A stretch of DNA of 64,000 nt from Candidatus Latescibacterota bacterium (GTDB lineage Bacteria > Latescibacterota > UBA2968). Made by a program: the position numbers and the translations under genes. The notes under the pieces were generated by a model that worked only from the letters and a program-made list of their open reading frames with translations, searched no databases and was not told where the DNA came from. This document shows, in pieces, positions 1 through 10,087 of this stretch. The stretch is taken from NCBI GenBank assembly GCA_965208125.1, contig OZ242320.1:3936001-4000000 (forward strand). The letters run 5' to 3'. Each line of letters begins with the position of its first letter. Position 1 is the first letter of the stretch.

Positions 1-2287
1 CGGGGAAGCCGACTTTGTAGGGGATGTCCGGGATAAAGATCAGATACCCGCGGCTGACGTAAAATGGGAAATTTATGGAGGCACCAGAGGCTCTTGGTGC
101 CCGGTGGGCGTGTAGTTGATGGGACATTTTTTCATAGAAATAGACCAGCATGGGATATTTCTGGGCGGGGTCAAAATTTTCGGGTTTGTAGAGTATGCCC
201 TGCAGGGGTTTGCCGTCGAGCGAGACCCATTCGACGAGTTCGGCAGTGCCCCACAGGTAGTCTTTTTGTTGGGGATTGACTTCGCTTATTTTTCGCGCAT
301 TCTGAAAATTGAGATCAGAGGTCCAGAGGTCGGGATATTCTTCAAAAGAGGATTGTCTGAAGAGGAGTACGTCGGTGTCTTTGGCTTTTTGGAGGTTGGA
401 AAACCGTTTGTCGCGCGCGATGAGTTCAGCGGGTTTGTCAGTACTTTCAATGCGATCCCGATAGTAGCCCATAGCTTTGGTTTTGAGATTGAAACCCGAT
501 AAAAACAAATCGACTTTAGGATCGCGTGCCCGTTCTTCGGGGTCGAGGCTTACGTATCGAAAGCGCGTTTCGGTCTCGCGTCCCACCCCTTCGGTGATGT
601 TGACGGGTGCTTTGCGCCCTTTGGGATCGGTGAGCCAGATGTCGTAGCGGTCGTAAACGAGAAATTCTTTGTCGCCTTTTGTCCATCCGGCATTGCCATG
701 TGCGCTGGGTGGATACGGCCAGTCGTGCAATTCGTTGTGAATGGGATGGGGGATATTTTTGCTGACTCTGACGCGGATCAAGTTTTTGACATGCTGAACA
801 TACCAATTTTTCTGGATGCGATCCCACCAGTAGATGTAGTTGGACTCGGGTGAAAGGGTGGGACGCGTCTGCATTTTGGTGAGTACGCGCGTTGCTTCAC
901 CGGTTTTTATGTCGATCAAATAGCTGTCGTAATAAGCTGGAGAATCCCACGAAATGAGTTGTCGATAGGGGAGAATCGAATAGCCTACCGCGACATCGGC
1001 ATTGCCCTCGCTCCCCAGGCGAATAGCGGGGATGGTCTCTGTGGCGAGTTGAACGATTTTGCCATTGTTGAGGTGAAAGACGGCGCGATAAGTGCGTTCG
1101 CGTTCCTCTTTGGCATCTTTGAGTTGCATGGGTTGGAGATAGGGGTCTTTCCAGTTCCAGATATCGACTGCTACTTTTTCGTCGTCGGGCGTGTCGTCCT
1201 CTGCTTCCACTTCTGGTCTGGGAGCGGTACCAAAAAAGAGGCGCTTGCCATTTTTGGAAAAGGAGAGGTTGGCGTGTTCGCTGACCCACCAATTGGAGGG
1301 CATGCCCTTTGTTCCAGATCGGGCGATTTCTTTTGCTTTATTGCGCGAGCCAACGGGCCAGTAATAGAGGGCGTATTCCTGCTGCTCTGCGCTAAAGCTG
1401 TCGCGGTTGGCAATAAATGCGAGATGGAGACTGGATTCGTCGGTGGTGATTTTTTTGTAATCACCCGCGCCCGTGAGTATGGCTGTGGTGTCGCCCGTGC
1501 TGGTGCGAATGGCGTATATGCCATCGGCTGTGCTGTCTTTGTTGGCGGCGGCAAAAATGAGATACGAACCGCTTTCTGTGAAGGCATAGGAGATGACGTG
1601 GTTATATCGCGTTTCAGCACTGGTCTGGAGGTTGCGGAGAACGAGCGTGGTGCCTTCGGCTTTTTTGCGTTTTTTCTTGTCTTTCGGTTCTTCCTTTTTC
1701 ACTTCTTTAGTTTCAGGCTTTTGTTTGGGCTGTTTTTCGGGTTTGGGTGTTTGCTCTTCTTTTTTTTCTTCAGGTTCGGGTGCTTTTTTCTTTTTGTTTG
1801 CAGTGCTGTCTTTTTTTGCGATTTCTTTTTCCAGAAAATAGGCGACCCATCTTCCGTTTTCTTTGGGTAGTTTGAAGGATTTGACGCGCGCGGCTTTAAA
1901 GATGTCTCCCGTGGCGAGAGTGATGATGCCTATGGAGTCTTTAGGCGATTCTTCGGGCTTTTTCTTGTCGCGTTTTGCCTGTTTTACCGAGTCTTTGAAG
2001 GCTTTGATGAGGGTGACGATATAATGCGAGTCTCTGGTGAATCGAATGGATTCTCCGCGCGGTATCGCGTAGGAGCGGTCGTCTGTGAGGCTTGCGATGC
2101 GGAGTTGGGTGTCTTTTTCATCGGGGCCGATAGAGAGAAAAGCCCATTGTCCATTGTCGGAGATATTACTGGCGTGCGTGCGATTCCACACGTCGTACGC
2201 GTCGTGATCCAGCGGCTTTTTCCCCTGGGCAAAGACGAGCGGAGATAAAAACAAGAGCACAGATAGAAGGCAAGTAGATAGGCGCAT
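1..2287 (-). CDS. S9 (prolyl oligopeptidase) family peptidase, secreted; runs off the left edge
   Basis: Not in the ORF track because no stop lies in the window. Manual translation gives signal peptide MRLSTCLLSVLLFLSPLVFAQ, then GKKPLDHDAYDVWN, and near the edge WGTAELVEWVSLDGKPLQGILYKPENFDPAQKYPMLVYFYE...RGYLIFIPDIPYKVGFP, typical of S9C peptidases. Confidence 0.88.
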   Translation of the reverse strand, partial: MRLSTCLLSVLLFLSPLVFAQGKKPLDHDAYDVWNRTHASNISDNGQWAFLSIGPDEKDTQLRIASLTDDRSYAIPRGESIRFTRDSHYIVTLIKAFKDSVKQAKRDKKKPEESPKDSIGIITLATGDIFKAARVKSFKLPKENGRWVAYFLEKEIAKKDSTANKKKKAPEPEEKKEEQTPKPEKQPKQKPETKEVKKEEPKDKKKRKKAEGTTLVLRNLQTSAETRYNHVISYAFTESGSYLIFAAANKDSTADGIYAIRTSTGDTTAILTGAGDYKKITTDESSLHLAFIANRDSFSAEQQEYALYYWPVGSRNKAKEIARSGTKGMPSNWWVSEHANLSFSKNGKRLFFGTAPRPEVEAEDDTPDDEKVAVDIWNWKDPYLQPMQLKDAKEERERTYRAVFHLNNGKIVQLATETIPAIRLGSEGNADVAVGYSILPYRQLISWDSPAYYDSYLIDIKTGEATRVLTKMQTRPTLSPESNYIYWWDRIQKNWYVQHVKNLIRVRVSKNIPHPIHNELHDWPYPPSAHGNAGWTKGDKEFLVYDRYDIWLTDPKGRKAPVNITEGVGRETETRFRYVSLDPEERARDPKVDLFLSGFNLKTKAMGYYRDRIESTDKPAELIARDKRFSNLQKAKDTDVLLFRQSSFEEYPDLWTSDLNFQNARKISEVNPQQKDYLWGTAELVEWVSLDGKPLQGILYKPENFDPAQKYPMLVYFYEKMSHQLHAHRAPRASGASINFPFYVSRGYLIFIPDIPYKVGFP

Positions 2288-2367
2288 AGGTAATCTCTCA
2301 GAAGCAGGTCAAACTTTTGGGCGGATCGTTTTGGTCAATATAATATAATAAAGTGATGTGGAAAAAT

Positions 2368-2397
2368 AAAAGCCGACGTTTGTTTGTCGGCTTTTTT
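2368..2397. terminator. Intrinsic terminator, probably bidirectional
   Basis: AAAAGCCGAC-gtttgttt-GTCGGCTTTTTT hairpin flanked by A and T tracts. Confidence 0.75.
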
Positions 2398-2426
2398 GTT
2401 CAGAGCTATACCTCTTCACATAGTAC

Positions 2427-2903
2427 TCAAAAATTTGATTCTACATGGTATTTAGCAGAGTATTCTTTCAGATTCTTTTTTATTTGTTGAAATTGCGTGT
2501 ATGAACATGTACCCGCGGGAATTTCAATGGGGTGTGCAGGTTGGGCTTTTGGTATAATTTCCACGCCGTTGATCTTGAGGTGCATCGCCTGGATTTCATC
2601 CCAGGATATTTTTTTTGCGTGTCCGCGTCGCTTGGCTTTGATCTCCAGCCCTTCATTGCTGAATACCACACGTGGTCGTCCGAATTTTTTTGGAAGACAG
2701 AGAGTAACGATCATTGCAACGATGATAGCAATACCGCCAATTAGCAGAATCCTGGCTGTTACCCAATCAAAGGTATGGTGTGCGTCCGACAGTTGCTGCC
2801 AGCCCTGGTATATGCAGTTGATTGCGAGTACAATGGTGAGAACGACAAATAACTTCGTCCGGCGAGGGTCTTCTACGTCAAAGTAAATTGTAAAAGTATC
2901 CAT
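2427..2903 (-). CDS. Hypothetical membrane protein (2 TM plus small beta domain)
   Basis: 158 aa ORF with two hydrophobic segments, co-oriented with the nat genes. Confidence 0.65.
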   Translation of the reverse strand: MDTFTIYFDVEDPRRTKLFVVLTIVLAINCIYQGWQQLSDAHHTFDWVTARILLIGGIAIIVAMIVTLCLPKKFGRPRVVFSNEGLEIKAKRRGHAKKISWDEIQAMHLKINGVEIIPKAQPAHPIEIPAGTCSYTQFQQIKKNLKEYSAKYHVESNF

Positions 2904-2930
2904 GCATCATTCTCCAGAGTTTTGCAGGAC

Positions 2931-3188
2931 TTATCGCTCAGTCTCATCCTTTGAAACCTCACCTCGATCATCCTCTGAAATGTGGCGGATTTCTCCAGCG
3001 CGTTGCTGTACGACTTCTTGTGCTGCGCGTTTTTTGTCTTCGTTGAGCATGAGGTCTGTTGCACCGAGCATCGTGGTAGCCGATCCGCCTGCACCTTTGC
3101 GACTGCCTTTTACAAGTGCGTAAATTGCATAGCCGATGAGCAAAATTGCGATAAGTGTAAAAATGGCGACACCCAGGAAATGCTCCAT
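2931..3188 (-). CDS. Small single-TM hypothetical protein
   Basis: 85 aa, N-terminal TM helix; its ATG directly follows the permease TAA. Confidence 0.6.
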   Translation of the reverse strand: MEHFLGVAIFTLIAILLIGYAIYALVKGSRKGAGGSATTMLGATDLMLNEDKKRAAQEVVQQRAGEIRHISEDDRGEVSKDETER

Positions 3189-4385
3189 TTAAGTCTCCCG
3201 AAAGATCGTGCTTTCGCGTTCAAACCATCTGGCGCAGCCGTAGAGGCTTAGGGCTGCAAGGGCGATGAGCGAGGCATAGACTTCGAACAATAGGGGTAGT
3301 TTGATGGTTCCCGCGAAAATTTCTTTTGATGCAAGCGAGACATTTAAGACCGGTATGAGCGATGTGATGGCATTGAGCTCGATGCCGGGCAAGAGGCCGA
3401 TAAATACGGGAATAATAATGATGATGTTGAGGGGAGCCATAATGCTCTGCGCTTCTTTGAAAGATTTGGCAAAGATGGAGACGGACATTAAGGCGGCGGC
3501 AAAAAAGATGGTTAAGGGCAGGCACAGAGAAAGTACCAGGAGGATGGATGATATTTCGAACATGCCCTGTAGCGCGTCGAGGATTCTTGCGACAATTTCT
3601 CGTTGTAACATAACAGCTATAAAAAAACCGATAAAACTGTTGGCGATTGACGCAAATCCCGATAGGACAATCACGCCACATTTGCCCAGCAAGATCTGAA
3701 TTTTGCTGACGGGGGCAACGAGCAATGTTTCGAGGGTGGCGCGTTCTTTTTCGCCTGCGCCGAGGTCAAGGGCTGGATACATACACCCCATAAAACACAT
3801 TATGACAAAAATATAAGGCAAAAAACCACCTACGCTTTTTCCGATTCTTTCCCGTTGAGAAGCAATATCGTGGCGTTTGACCAGTACGGGATCCACGATC
3901 ATGCGGTCGAGGGCAAGCCTTTGGAATCGGTTGTTGACGATCTGGTTTTCGTAGTCTCGAATCAGACTTGTCAGGCGATTGCGAGATGCGTCCATATCTC
4001 TGGAGGATTTGAAATAGAGATGGATTTGACCGCGCTGTAAGTCGGTGATTTGGGCATCAAATTGCTCATCAATGCGAATGGCGGCATCTATGCTGTCGGA
4101 GCGGATGAGTTGAGGGATTATGTCTTCTGTTATGTCTTCTCGAATTTTCAGGTCGTCGCGTTTGAGCAGGGTTTCGCGGAATGCCTCTGCATTGCCATTT
4201 GTGATCAGGGCAACTACGAGTGTTTTGGTTCTGACTTTTTGGGCCTGACGAGTAGTAAAGACTGCTGCAATTGTGAATAACAGCGGGAATAACAGCATTG
4301 GTATGATGAACATCATCATCATCGAACGCCGGTCGCGCGTGATGTCCTTAAATTCTTTTTTGAAGATGGTGAGGATCGTTTTCAT
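3189..4385 (-). CDS. natB: ABC-2 type permease, NatB-like Na+ efflux
   Basis: IFKKEFKDITRDRR start, GAGEKERATLETLLVAPVS motif, several TM helices. Start placed at MKTILT. Confidence 0.8.
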   Translation of the reverse strand: MKTILTIFKKEFKDITRDRRSMMMMFIIPMLLFPLLFTIAAVFTTRQAQKVRTKTLVVALITNGNAEAFRETLLKRDDLKIREDITEDIIPQLIRSDSIDAAIRIDEQFDAQITDLQRGQIHLYFKSSRDMDASRNRLTSLIRDYENQIVNNRFQRLALDRMIVDPVLVKRHDIASQRERIGKSVGGFLPYIFVIMCFMGCMYPALDLGAGEKERATLETLLVAPVSKIQILLGKCGVIVLSGFASIANSFIGFFIAVMLQREIVARILDALQGMFEISSILLVLSLCLPLTIFFAAALMSVSIFAKSFKEAQSIMAPLNIIIIIPVFIGLLPGIELNAITSLIPVLNVSLASKEIFAGTIKLPLLFEVYASLIALAALSLYGCARWFERESTIFRET

Positions 4386-4405
4386 GGGGGCCTCTGTTAG
4401 CAAAT

Positions 4406-5173
4406 CTATGCCTGTTCAACGATGCGGATAAATTCGTCTTCCAGTGTGGGGGTTTGCATCTGGTTTTGAAAGTCTTCTAAGGTGCCGTTAAACTGCAATT
4501 GGCCTTTGTGAATGATGGCGAGGTCGTCGCTGAGCAGGCTGACTTCTCCCATGCGGTGTGTGGAAAAAATGACGGTTTTTCCCGCGTCCCGACAGTCTCG
4601 GATGAGGTGTACGATATTGCGCGAGGTGACGACGTCGAGACCGTCGGTGGGTTCGTCGAATACAATGACATCGGGGTCGTGTATGATCGTGCGTACAATG
4701 GAGACTTTTTGTTTCATGCCCGTGGAGAGTTTGCCAATGCGGCGGTTTGCAAAAGCTTCCATGTCGAGAAGGGCAAAGAGGTGGTCGCGCCGCGTGTTGT
4801 AATCGGCACTGTTCATGCCGTGCAGGTCGGCAAAGTATCGCACCATTTCATTGGGGGTCAGACGATCGTACAAACCCGTGTTGCCTGTGAGAAAGCCGAG
4901 GTTTTCGCGTACGGCTTGACTTTGTGTTACAGTGTCGTATTCCGCGACGGATATGCTACCCAAAGTGGGTTTGAGCATGGTGGCAATCATGCGCAATGCG
5001 GTGGTTTTTCCCGCGCCATTGGGACCCAATAGCGCGAAGACGCGACCGGGCTGACAGGTGAAACTGATGTCGCATACCGCGTCAATGGTGTTGCCCTGAA
5101 AACCATCTCCCATTTCGCGCTTTTGTTGCCGCGATAATTTGAAGGTTTTGACAATATTTTTTGCGATAACCAT
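4406..5173 (-). CDS. natA: ABC transporter ATP-binding protein, NatA-like
   Basis: Walker A GPNGAGKTT, signature LSTGMKQK, Walker B IVFDEPT. Confidence 0.85.
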   Translation of the reverse strand: MVIAKNIVKTFKLSRQQKREMGDGFQGNTIDAVCDISFTCQPGRVFALLGPNGAGKTTALRMIATMLKPTLGSISVAEYDTVTQSQAVRENLGFLTGNTGLYDRLTPNEMVRYFADLHGMNSADYNTRRDHLFALLDMEAFANRRIGKLSTGMKQKVSIVRTIIHDPDVIVFDEPTDGLDVVTSRNIVHLIRDCRDAGKTVIFSTHRMGEVSLLSDDLAIIHKGQLQFNGTLEDFQNQMQTPTLEDEFIRIVEQA

Positions 5174-5233
5174 AATGCACTCCGCGATTACGGTTGGATA
5201 GAGATGTATTGGGATAGCCTCTTAGAAATACAT

Positions 5234-5839
5234 TCAGGTAGAGTACAAACTGCTGATTCGATCCATTGTTCTTTTTAAACTTACAGATACAGTAACAGCG
5301 CGTTCTAAATCCCAATAATCTCGTACAAATTCGTTAAAACGCGCATTATAGAGAGGACCTACTTTTGCAGTTGCTGCGCCTTGTGCAGGAGCCAATTCTC
5401 GTCTCAATGTTCTCTTTCTACTCCGTCGAGCAAGTGAAACGAGAAACTCTTTGGGTTTTTCTATATTGTCTGTGTTGTGTGGAATACTATTGAGGGATAC
5501 CGATAGAAATTTTGCGATGCTTTCACGATCTGCCATAATCCAGGATTCGATTTCCATGACTGCAACGCGAAAGAGAAATCCAGAATTTAGAGATGCTCCA
5601 ACCCAAGATTGAATGAGTTTTGTCGGGCAATTCTTTGGAGAATCTAAATCTGTCAGCAGAAAGACATTATAAAATCCTCTGGCAGTGCGATTTAGATTAC
5701 GGGCATTTTCTTTTAAGAAAGAATTGCCTTTAAATCCGATTCTTTGTACGATTTCGAGGTCAAAATATTCGAGAATTTTAGTCGAAACTGCATCGCTGAG
5801 TGTATCCTCAACGGCGAGGATTACTTTGTTTGATCTCAT
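5234..5839 (-). CDS. DUF4276-like TOPRIM-fold protein
   Basis: AVEDTLSD, LLTDLD (DxD) and EIESWIMAD motifs; 4-nt ATGA overlap with the upstream ATPase. Confidence 0.7.
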   Translation of the reverse strand: MRSNKVILAVEDTLSDAVSTKILEYFDLEIVQRIGFKGNSFLKENARNLNRTARGFYNVFLLTDLDSPKNCPTKLIQSWVGASLNSGFLFRVAVMEIESWIMADRESIAKFLSVSLNSIPHNTDNIEKPKEFLVSLARRSRKRTLRRELAPAQGAATAKVGPLYNARFNEFVRDYWDLERAVTVSVSLKRTMDRISSLYST

Positions 5840-6990
5840 TCAAAAAAACTCAATTGTTCGGCACGTTTGGGTCTGGTTCTTGGAAGCACGACGTCGCCAA
5901 CTGGAAAACCGGCCTCAAGGAGTTTCTGTACTTCATCAATATCAGAAACTATTTTTACCGCTGTTCCTTCCAGTGCTGGTGTAAGTAACAGAACTTCTCC
6001 TCCATCAATGCCTTTTTCTGCAAGCAATGCATCGCTATGTGTGCTCACAAAGACCTGGGGACGTCTGCTTCTTTGCATTCTGGAAATAAACGGTGCGAGT
6101 TGAGAGACGATACCCGCATTTAATGACAACTCTGGCTCTTCTAATAAGAGTACAGAGTCACTTTCGAGAAGAGACCATAATAAGCCCAAAAGACGGAGCG
6201 TCCCATCAGAAAATTGATCTTCTTGTTGTAAGCCCGCATTCGGACGCCAGTGGGAATAAAGGGCTTGCAAATGAGGCCTCCCTGTAATTTCATCGCGAAT
6301 AAATTCCAATTGCTCAAGTTGGGGCACGGCAATTTTTAGGGCTTGTTCAATTTTTTGCAACCGGGAACGACGTGTCCTCTCAGGAACTGTAGCAATTCTT
6401 TCCAAAAATCCTTGCCCAAAGGGATCATCTTCAACAACTCTTCCCTGAATCGAATCAGCAAACCGCAAAAGTTGAGGAACCAGATGCAAATAGGTAATGT
6501 TTTGCAAGAAATGGACAATATCCCGGAAATTTGCATTGACATTGATTTGTTCAAGAAAGGTCTGTGTGAGTCGTTGCCGGTCCTTTTTGTCGTCTGCATC
6601 TGGCCTATTGAGAATCTGTTTGCCATCTTTCCACACGCATTCATGAGTAAGAAAAGGCTGGCGATAACCCCGAGGTTCCTGCCTAATTCCTATCGCATAT
6701 CGCCAGGTTTCGGAAGATTCTGCATTATCTGCAAGGTGAATTTCTATTTCGATTTCCGGATCTTGTCGCGCCGCCAAGCAACGGATTTTAGATACACCTC
6801 CGCGGTCTTTAACCGCTTTCTGCAATCCACCTCCTTCTGCTTTTACAATATCTCGAAGAAAGCGAAAAATATCGAGCAGGTTAGACTTACCGGACGCATT
6901 TGCACCTACGACAAACTGACGCTCACGCAATGGGACATCAAGTTCTCGAAAATTGCGCCAGTTTTTTACAATAAGACGTTTGATCATCAT
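5836..6990 (-). CDS. ABC-superfamily (AAA_21/OLD-like) ATPase
   Basis: IKRLIVKNWRNF, Walker A GANASGKSN, signature FSDGTLR, Walker B LLEEPELSL, STHS; GGGAG RBS before MMIKR. Confidence 0.85.
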   Translation of the reverse strand: MMIKRLIVKNWRNFRELDVPLRERQFVVGANASGKSNLLDIFRFLRDIVKAEGGGLQKAVKDRGGVSKIRCLAARQDPEIEIEIHLADNAESSETWRYAIGIRQEPRGYRQPFLTHECVWKDGKQILNRPDADDKKDRQRLTQTFLEQINVNANFRDIVHFLQNITYLHLVPQLLRFADSIQGRVVEDDPFGQGFLERIATVPERTRRSRLQKIEQALKIAVPQLEQLEFIRDEITGRPHLQALYSHWRPNAGLQQEDQFSDGTLRLLGLLWSLLESDSVLLLEEPELSLNAGIVSQLAPFISRMQRSRRPQVFVSTHSDALLAEKGIDGGEVLLLTPALEGTAVKIVSDIDEVQKLLEAGFPVGDVVLPRTRPKRAEQLSFFE

Positions 6991-7209
6991 AACGACAACT
7001 CCCATGAAAACCTAAATGGCTCATTGCTCAAGCTCATCCATGGAAACATGATCTTCAGCAGTAGAAATAACAGTATTAATAAACTTATTCGAGATGGGTG
7101 TATTGGGCAAGCCATTTTGTAAGTGCGATGCGCGCGGTATCAGATATAGTGTGTTCAATTTTAATAATGGCATATATTCTCCTGTAAGCAAGTCTGTAAA
7201 AGAGGAGAT

Positions 7210-8430
7210 ATGGACAAACGCGTTCTAAACAGTCCAGTTGAAGCCTCAGATCGCATTGAGAGTCTGGATGTGTTGCGCGGCTTTGCCGTGCTTGGTATCC
7301 TGGTCATGAACATCCAGTCATTTGCAATGCCTGGGGCGGCGTACCTGAACCCGACGGCTTATGGCGATCTCAATGGTATCAACTTTTTTACCTGGCTGAT
7401 TAGCTACTTGCTCGTTGATCAGAAGTTTATGTCAATCTTTTCAATGCTCTTTGGTGCCGGTATCTGCCTGTTTGCAGATCGCGCAGAGGCTCGCAGTGGT
7501 CGCTCCGCTGGCTTGCACTACCGCCGCACATTCTATCTACTCGTCTTCGGCCTTGTGCATGCCTATTTTTTGTGGTCGGGCGATATATTGGTTGCCTACG
7601 CGCTTTGCGGCTCCGTCATCTTTCTTTTTCGGAATCGTTCGCCGCGCACGCTGGTGGTTATCGGCCTCGTTGTTTTTGCAGTGGCGAGTGTGCTGTCCAT
7701 CGGAATAGGTCTGACAACAGAGTTTATTCCCGAAAAAGATGTGGCGGATATCACCGCGATGTGGGCACCGGATGCGGCCAAAATCGATGCGGAGTTGCTC
7801 GCTTATCGCAGCGGATGGTTCACACTGCAGGCGCAACGAACCAGCGATACACTGGGAATGCATACGACGGTCCTGCCAATGGAAGTGTTTTGGCAATCCG
7901 CAGGTATCATGCTGATGGGCATGGCTCTCTACCGCTGGCACATCCTGAGCGCAACCCGAAGCGATCAATTCTATCGCCACCTCGCGCTCATCGGATTCGG
8001 TGTGGGCTTGCCAGTCGTTGCTGCGGGTGCATGGTGGAATTTTGCGGCCGGGTGGAACTGGGAGCGTTCGATGTTCCTTGGGTCGCAGTTCAACTATTGG
8101 GGAAGTCTCGCTATGGCATTTGGATACATCGGTCTTGTAATGTTGGCGGTTCGGCGCGGATGGTTCTCTGGCTTACAGATGCGCCTGGCAGCAGCCGGCC
8201 GGATGGCGTTCACCAATTACATCGCACAAACACTGATCTGCACGACTATTTTTTATGGGCATGGATTCGGGTTTTTCGGGCGCGTTGACCGCTGGCAACA
8301 GGCCATAGTCGTCATCGCTGTATGGGGCATCCAACTTTGGTGGTCGCCGTTGCTGATGAGGCGTTTCCGGTATGGTCCGTTGGAATGGAGTTGGCGGGCA
8401 TTGACCTACTGGCGGATCCTAGGACGATAG
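7210..8430 (+). CDS. DUF418/YeiB-like membrane protein
   Basis: RIESLDVLRGFAVLGILVMNI, GRMAFTNYIAQT, YGPLEWSWR. Confidence 0.85.
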   Translation: MDKRVLNSPVEASDRIESLDVLRGFAVLGILVMNIQSFAMPGAAYLNPTAYGDLNGINFFTWLISYLLVDQKFMSIFSMLFGAGICLFADRAEARSGRSAGLHYRRTFYLLVFGLVHAYFLWSGDILVAYALCGSVIFLFRNRSPRTLVVIGLVVFAVASVLSIGIGLTTEFIPEKDVADITAMWAPDAAKIDAELLAYRSGWFTLQAQRTSDTLGMHTTVLPMEVFWQSAGIMLMGMALYRWHILSATRSDQFYRHLALIGFGVGLPVVAAGAWWNFAAGWNWERSMFLGSQFNYWGSLAMAFGYIGLVMLAVRRGWFSGLQMRLAAAGRMAFTNYIAQTLICTTIFYGHGFGFFGRVDRWQQAIVVIAVWGIQLWWSPLLMRRFRYGPLEWSWRALTYWRILGR

Positions 8431-8466
8431 CGCGAATTTTGCTTCACATGATTCAAAGGAGATAAC

Positions 8467-9708
8467 ATGGACAAACTCAAACTCGCTCTGATCGGTTGTG
8501 GCGGTATGGGAACGCGCCATTTGTATGGGCTTCGCGAACTGGCGAAGACGCCGTTTAATAATGTTGAATTGTGCGCTTTGTGCGATCTCAATCGAGACAA
8601 TGCAGAATTGGCTGCGAGAGAGGCCGAGCAGTTGCTCGGTTCAAAACCTCCCGTGTTTACGTCTATAGAAGAGATGGCGCAAGCGATTCCCGATTTGATG
8701 GCGGTCGATGTGGTCACTGATCCGTCGGTGCATCACACGGTGGTGTGTGAGGCTCTGGACCTGGGGTTGCATGTGCTGGTTGAAAAACCTATGGCTATTT
8801 CTGTAAAAGCGTGCCATGCTATGAATGAGGCGGCGGAGCGCAACGGGCGAAAACTGTCGGTTGCTGAAAATTATCGGCGCGATCCTTCGGCGCGGCTGAC
8901 GCGCCATTTGTTGGATACCGGGCGGATCGGAACGCCTTATATGGCGACGCTCCACGCCTTGCGCGGCGGCAATGAAATTTTTATTACGCCCTGGCGGCAT
9001 TTGAAAGACCGCGGGGGACCGTTGATTGATATGGGGGTACACTATGCGGATCTGATTCGGTATCAACTCGGCGATGTGGTCGAGGTGTATGGCGATACGC
9101 GTCTGGTGGAGCCGGTGCGCAAAAAACAACAGTCCATTGGCGATCGGTATGAATTTTATCAGCAGCGTTTTCGCGCGATGCCCGACGAAGTTCCCGCTAC
9201 GGCAGAAGATACGTCGATGGCGATGATGAAGATGGAAAGCGGCGTGATGGTGAGTTTTATTATGGGCATTGGGGGGCACGGCGCATGCCGCAGTCAGTTG
9301 ATTTTAGGCGATAAAGGGTGTTTGCAGAGCTATGGCAGCCGCGGGAGTCAGGCGATATGGCAGTCGGCAGATGGCGAGGTGAGAGATCAGAATGCGATTC
9401 TGAGTGCTGTTGACGATTTTGAATTGCATCCCCTCCTGGATCGTTTTTTTCCTACCAAAAACAGCGTGGGCGATCAGGCAGTGGATTGGAAATTGATCGC
9501 TTATGAACAATACGAACTCGCCTGTGCTGTCCTGAATGATGAGCCGATTGAGGTCGATGGTCTTGAGGGGATGAAGGATGTTGCTGCGATTTATGCGATT
9601 TGCGAGTCTGCTCGCGCAGGTCGCACTGTGACGGCAGCAGAGATCGAAAGCGGCGAGTTGTATGAATATCAAGCAGAGATCGATGCGGCGTTGAATATCA
9701 ACACTTAA
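8467..9708 (+). CDS. Gfo/Idh/MocA family oxidoreductase
   Basis: IGCGGMG, VEKPMA, DMGVHYAD. Confidence 0.88.
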   Translation: MDKLKLALIGCGGMGTRHLYGLRELAKTPFNNVELCALCDLNRDNAELAAREAEQLLGSKPPVFTSIEEMAQAIPDLMAVDVVTDPSVHHTVVCEALDLGLHVLVEKPMAISVKACHAMNEAAERNGRKLSVAENYRRDPSARLTRHLLDTGRIGTPYMATLHALRGGNEIFITPWRHLKDRGGPLIDMGVHYADLIRYQLGDVVEVYGDTRLVEPVRKKQQSIGDRYEFYQQRFRAMPDEVPATAEDTSMAMMKMESGVMVSFIMGIGGHGACRSQLILGDKGCLQSYGSRGSQAIWQSADGEVRDQNAILSAVDDFELHPLLDRFFPTKNSVGDQAVDWKLIAYEQYELACAVLNDEPIEVDGLEGMKDVAAIYAICESARAGRTVTAAEIESGELYEYQAEIDAALNINT

Positions 9709-9709
9709 A

Positions 9710-10087
9710 ATGGAGGAAAGACAGATGGTGATTCGCAATTGGCAAGATGCCACGCCCACAGTGGGCCATGAAACGGCGTTGATCTGGTCGATTTTCAGGC
9801 AGAAGGGGTCTGCCGGTTTGAGTGAGGAAGAAGCACCGATGTTGGCGGCATCGGGATTTACTCTGCATATGATGCAGAGCCGCAAGGCAGGCGATTACCA
9901 CATGCACGATGACAAAGAACAGATTTATTATTTTACGCGCGGTCATGGCAAGATGAAGATCGATGACGAGATTTATCCCGTAGAGCCAGGCGATGCCGTG
10001 CATTTACCGCCTTATACCTATCACCAGTTGATCAATGACAGCGACGATTGGATTGAACACATCCTGGTGACTGTGCCGGTGGTTTAA
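9710..10087 (+). CDS. Cupin domain protein
   Basis: HMHDDKEQIYY...GDAVHLPPYTYHQ metal-binding motifs. Confidence 0.85.
   Translation: MEERQMVIRNWQDATPTVGHETALIWSIFRQKGSAGLSEEEAPMLAASGFTLHMMQSRKAGDYHMHDDKEQIYYFTRGHGKMKIDDEIYPVEPGDAVHLPPYTYHQLINDSDDWIEHILVTVPVV

Noticed and set aside
959-1870. Phe-rich 303-aa plus-strand ORF
   Set aside because: It is the antisense shadow of the Lys/Glu-rich S9 peptidase.
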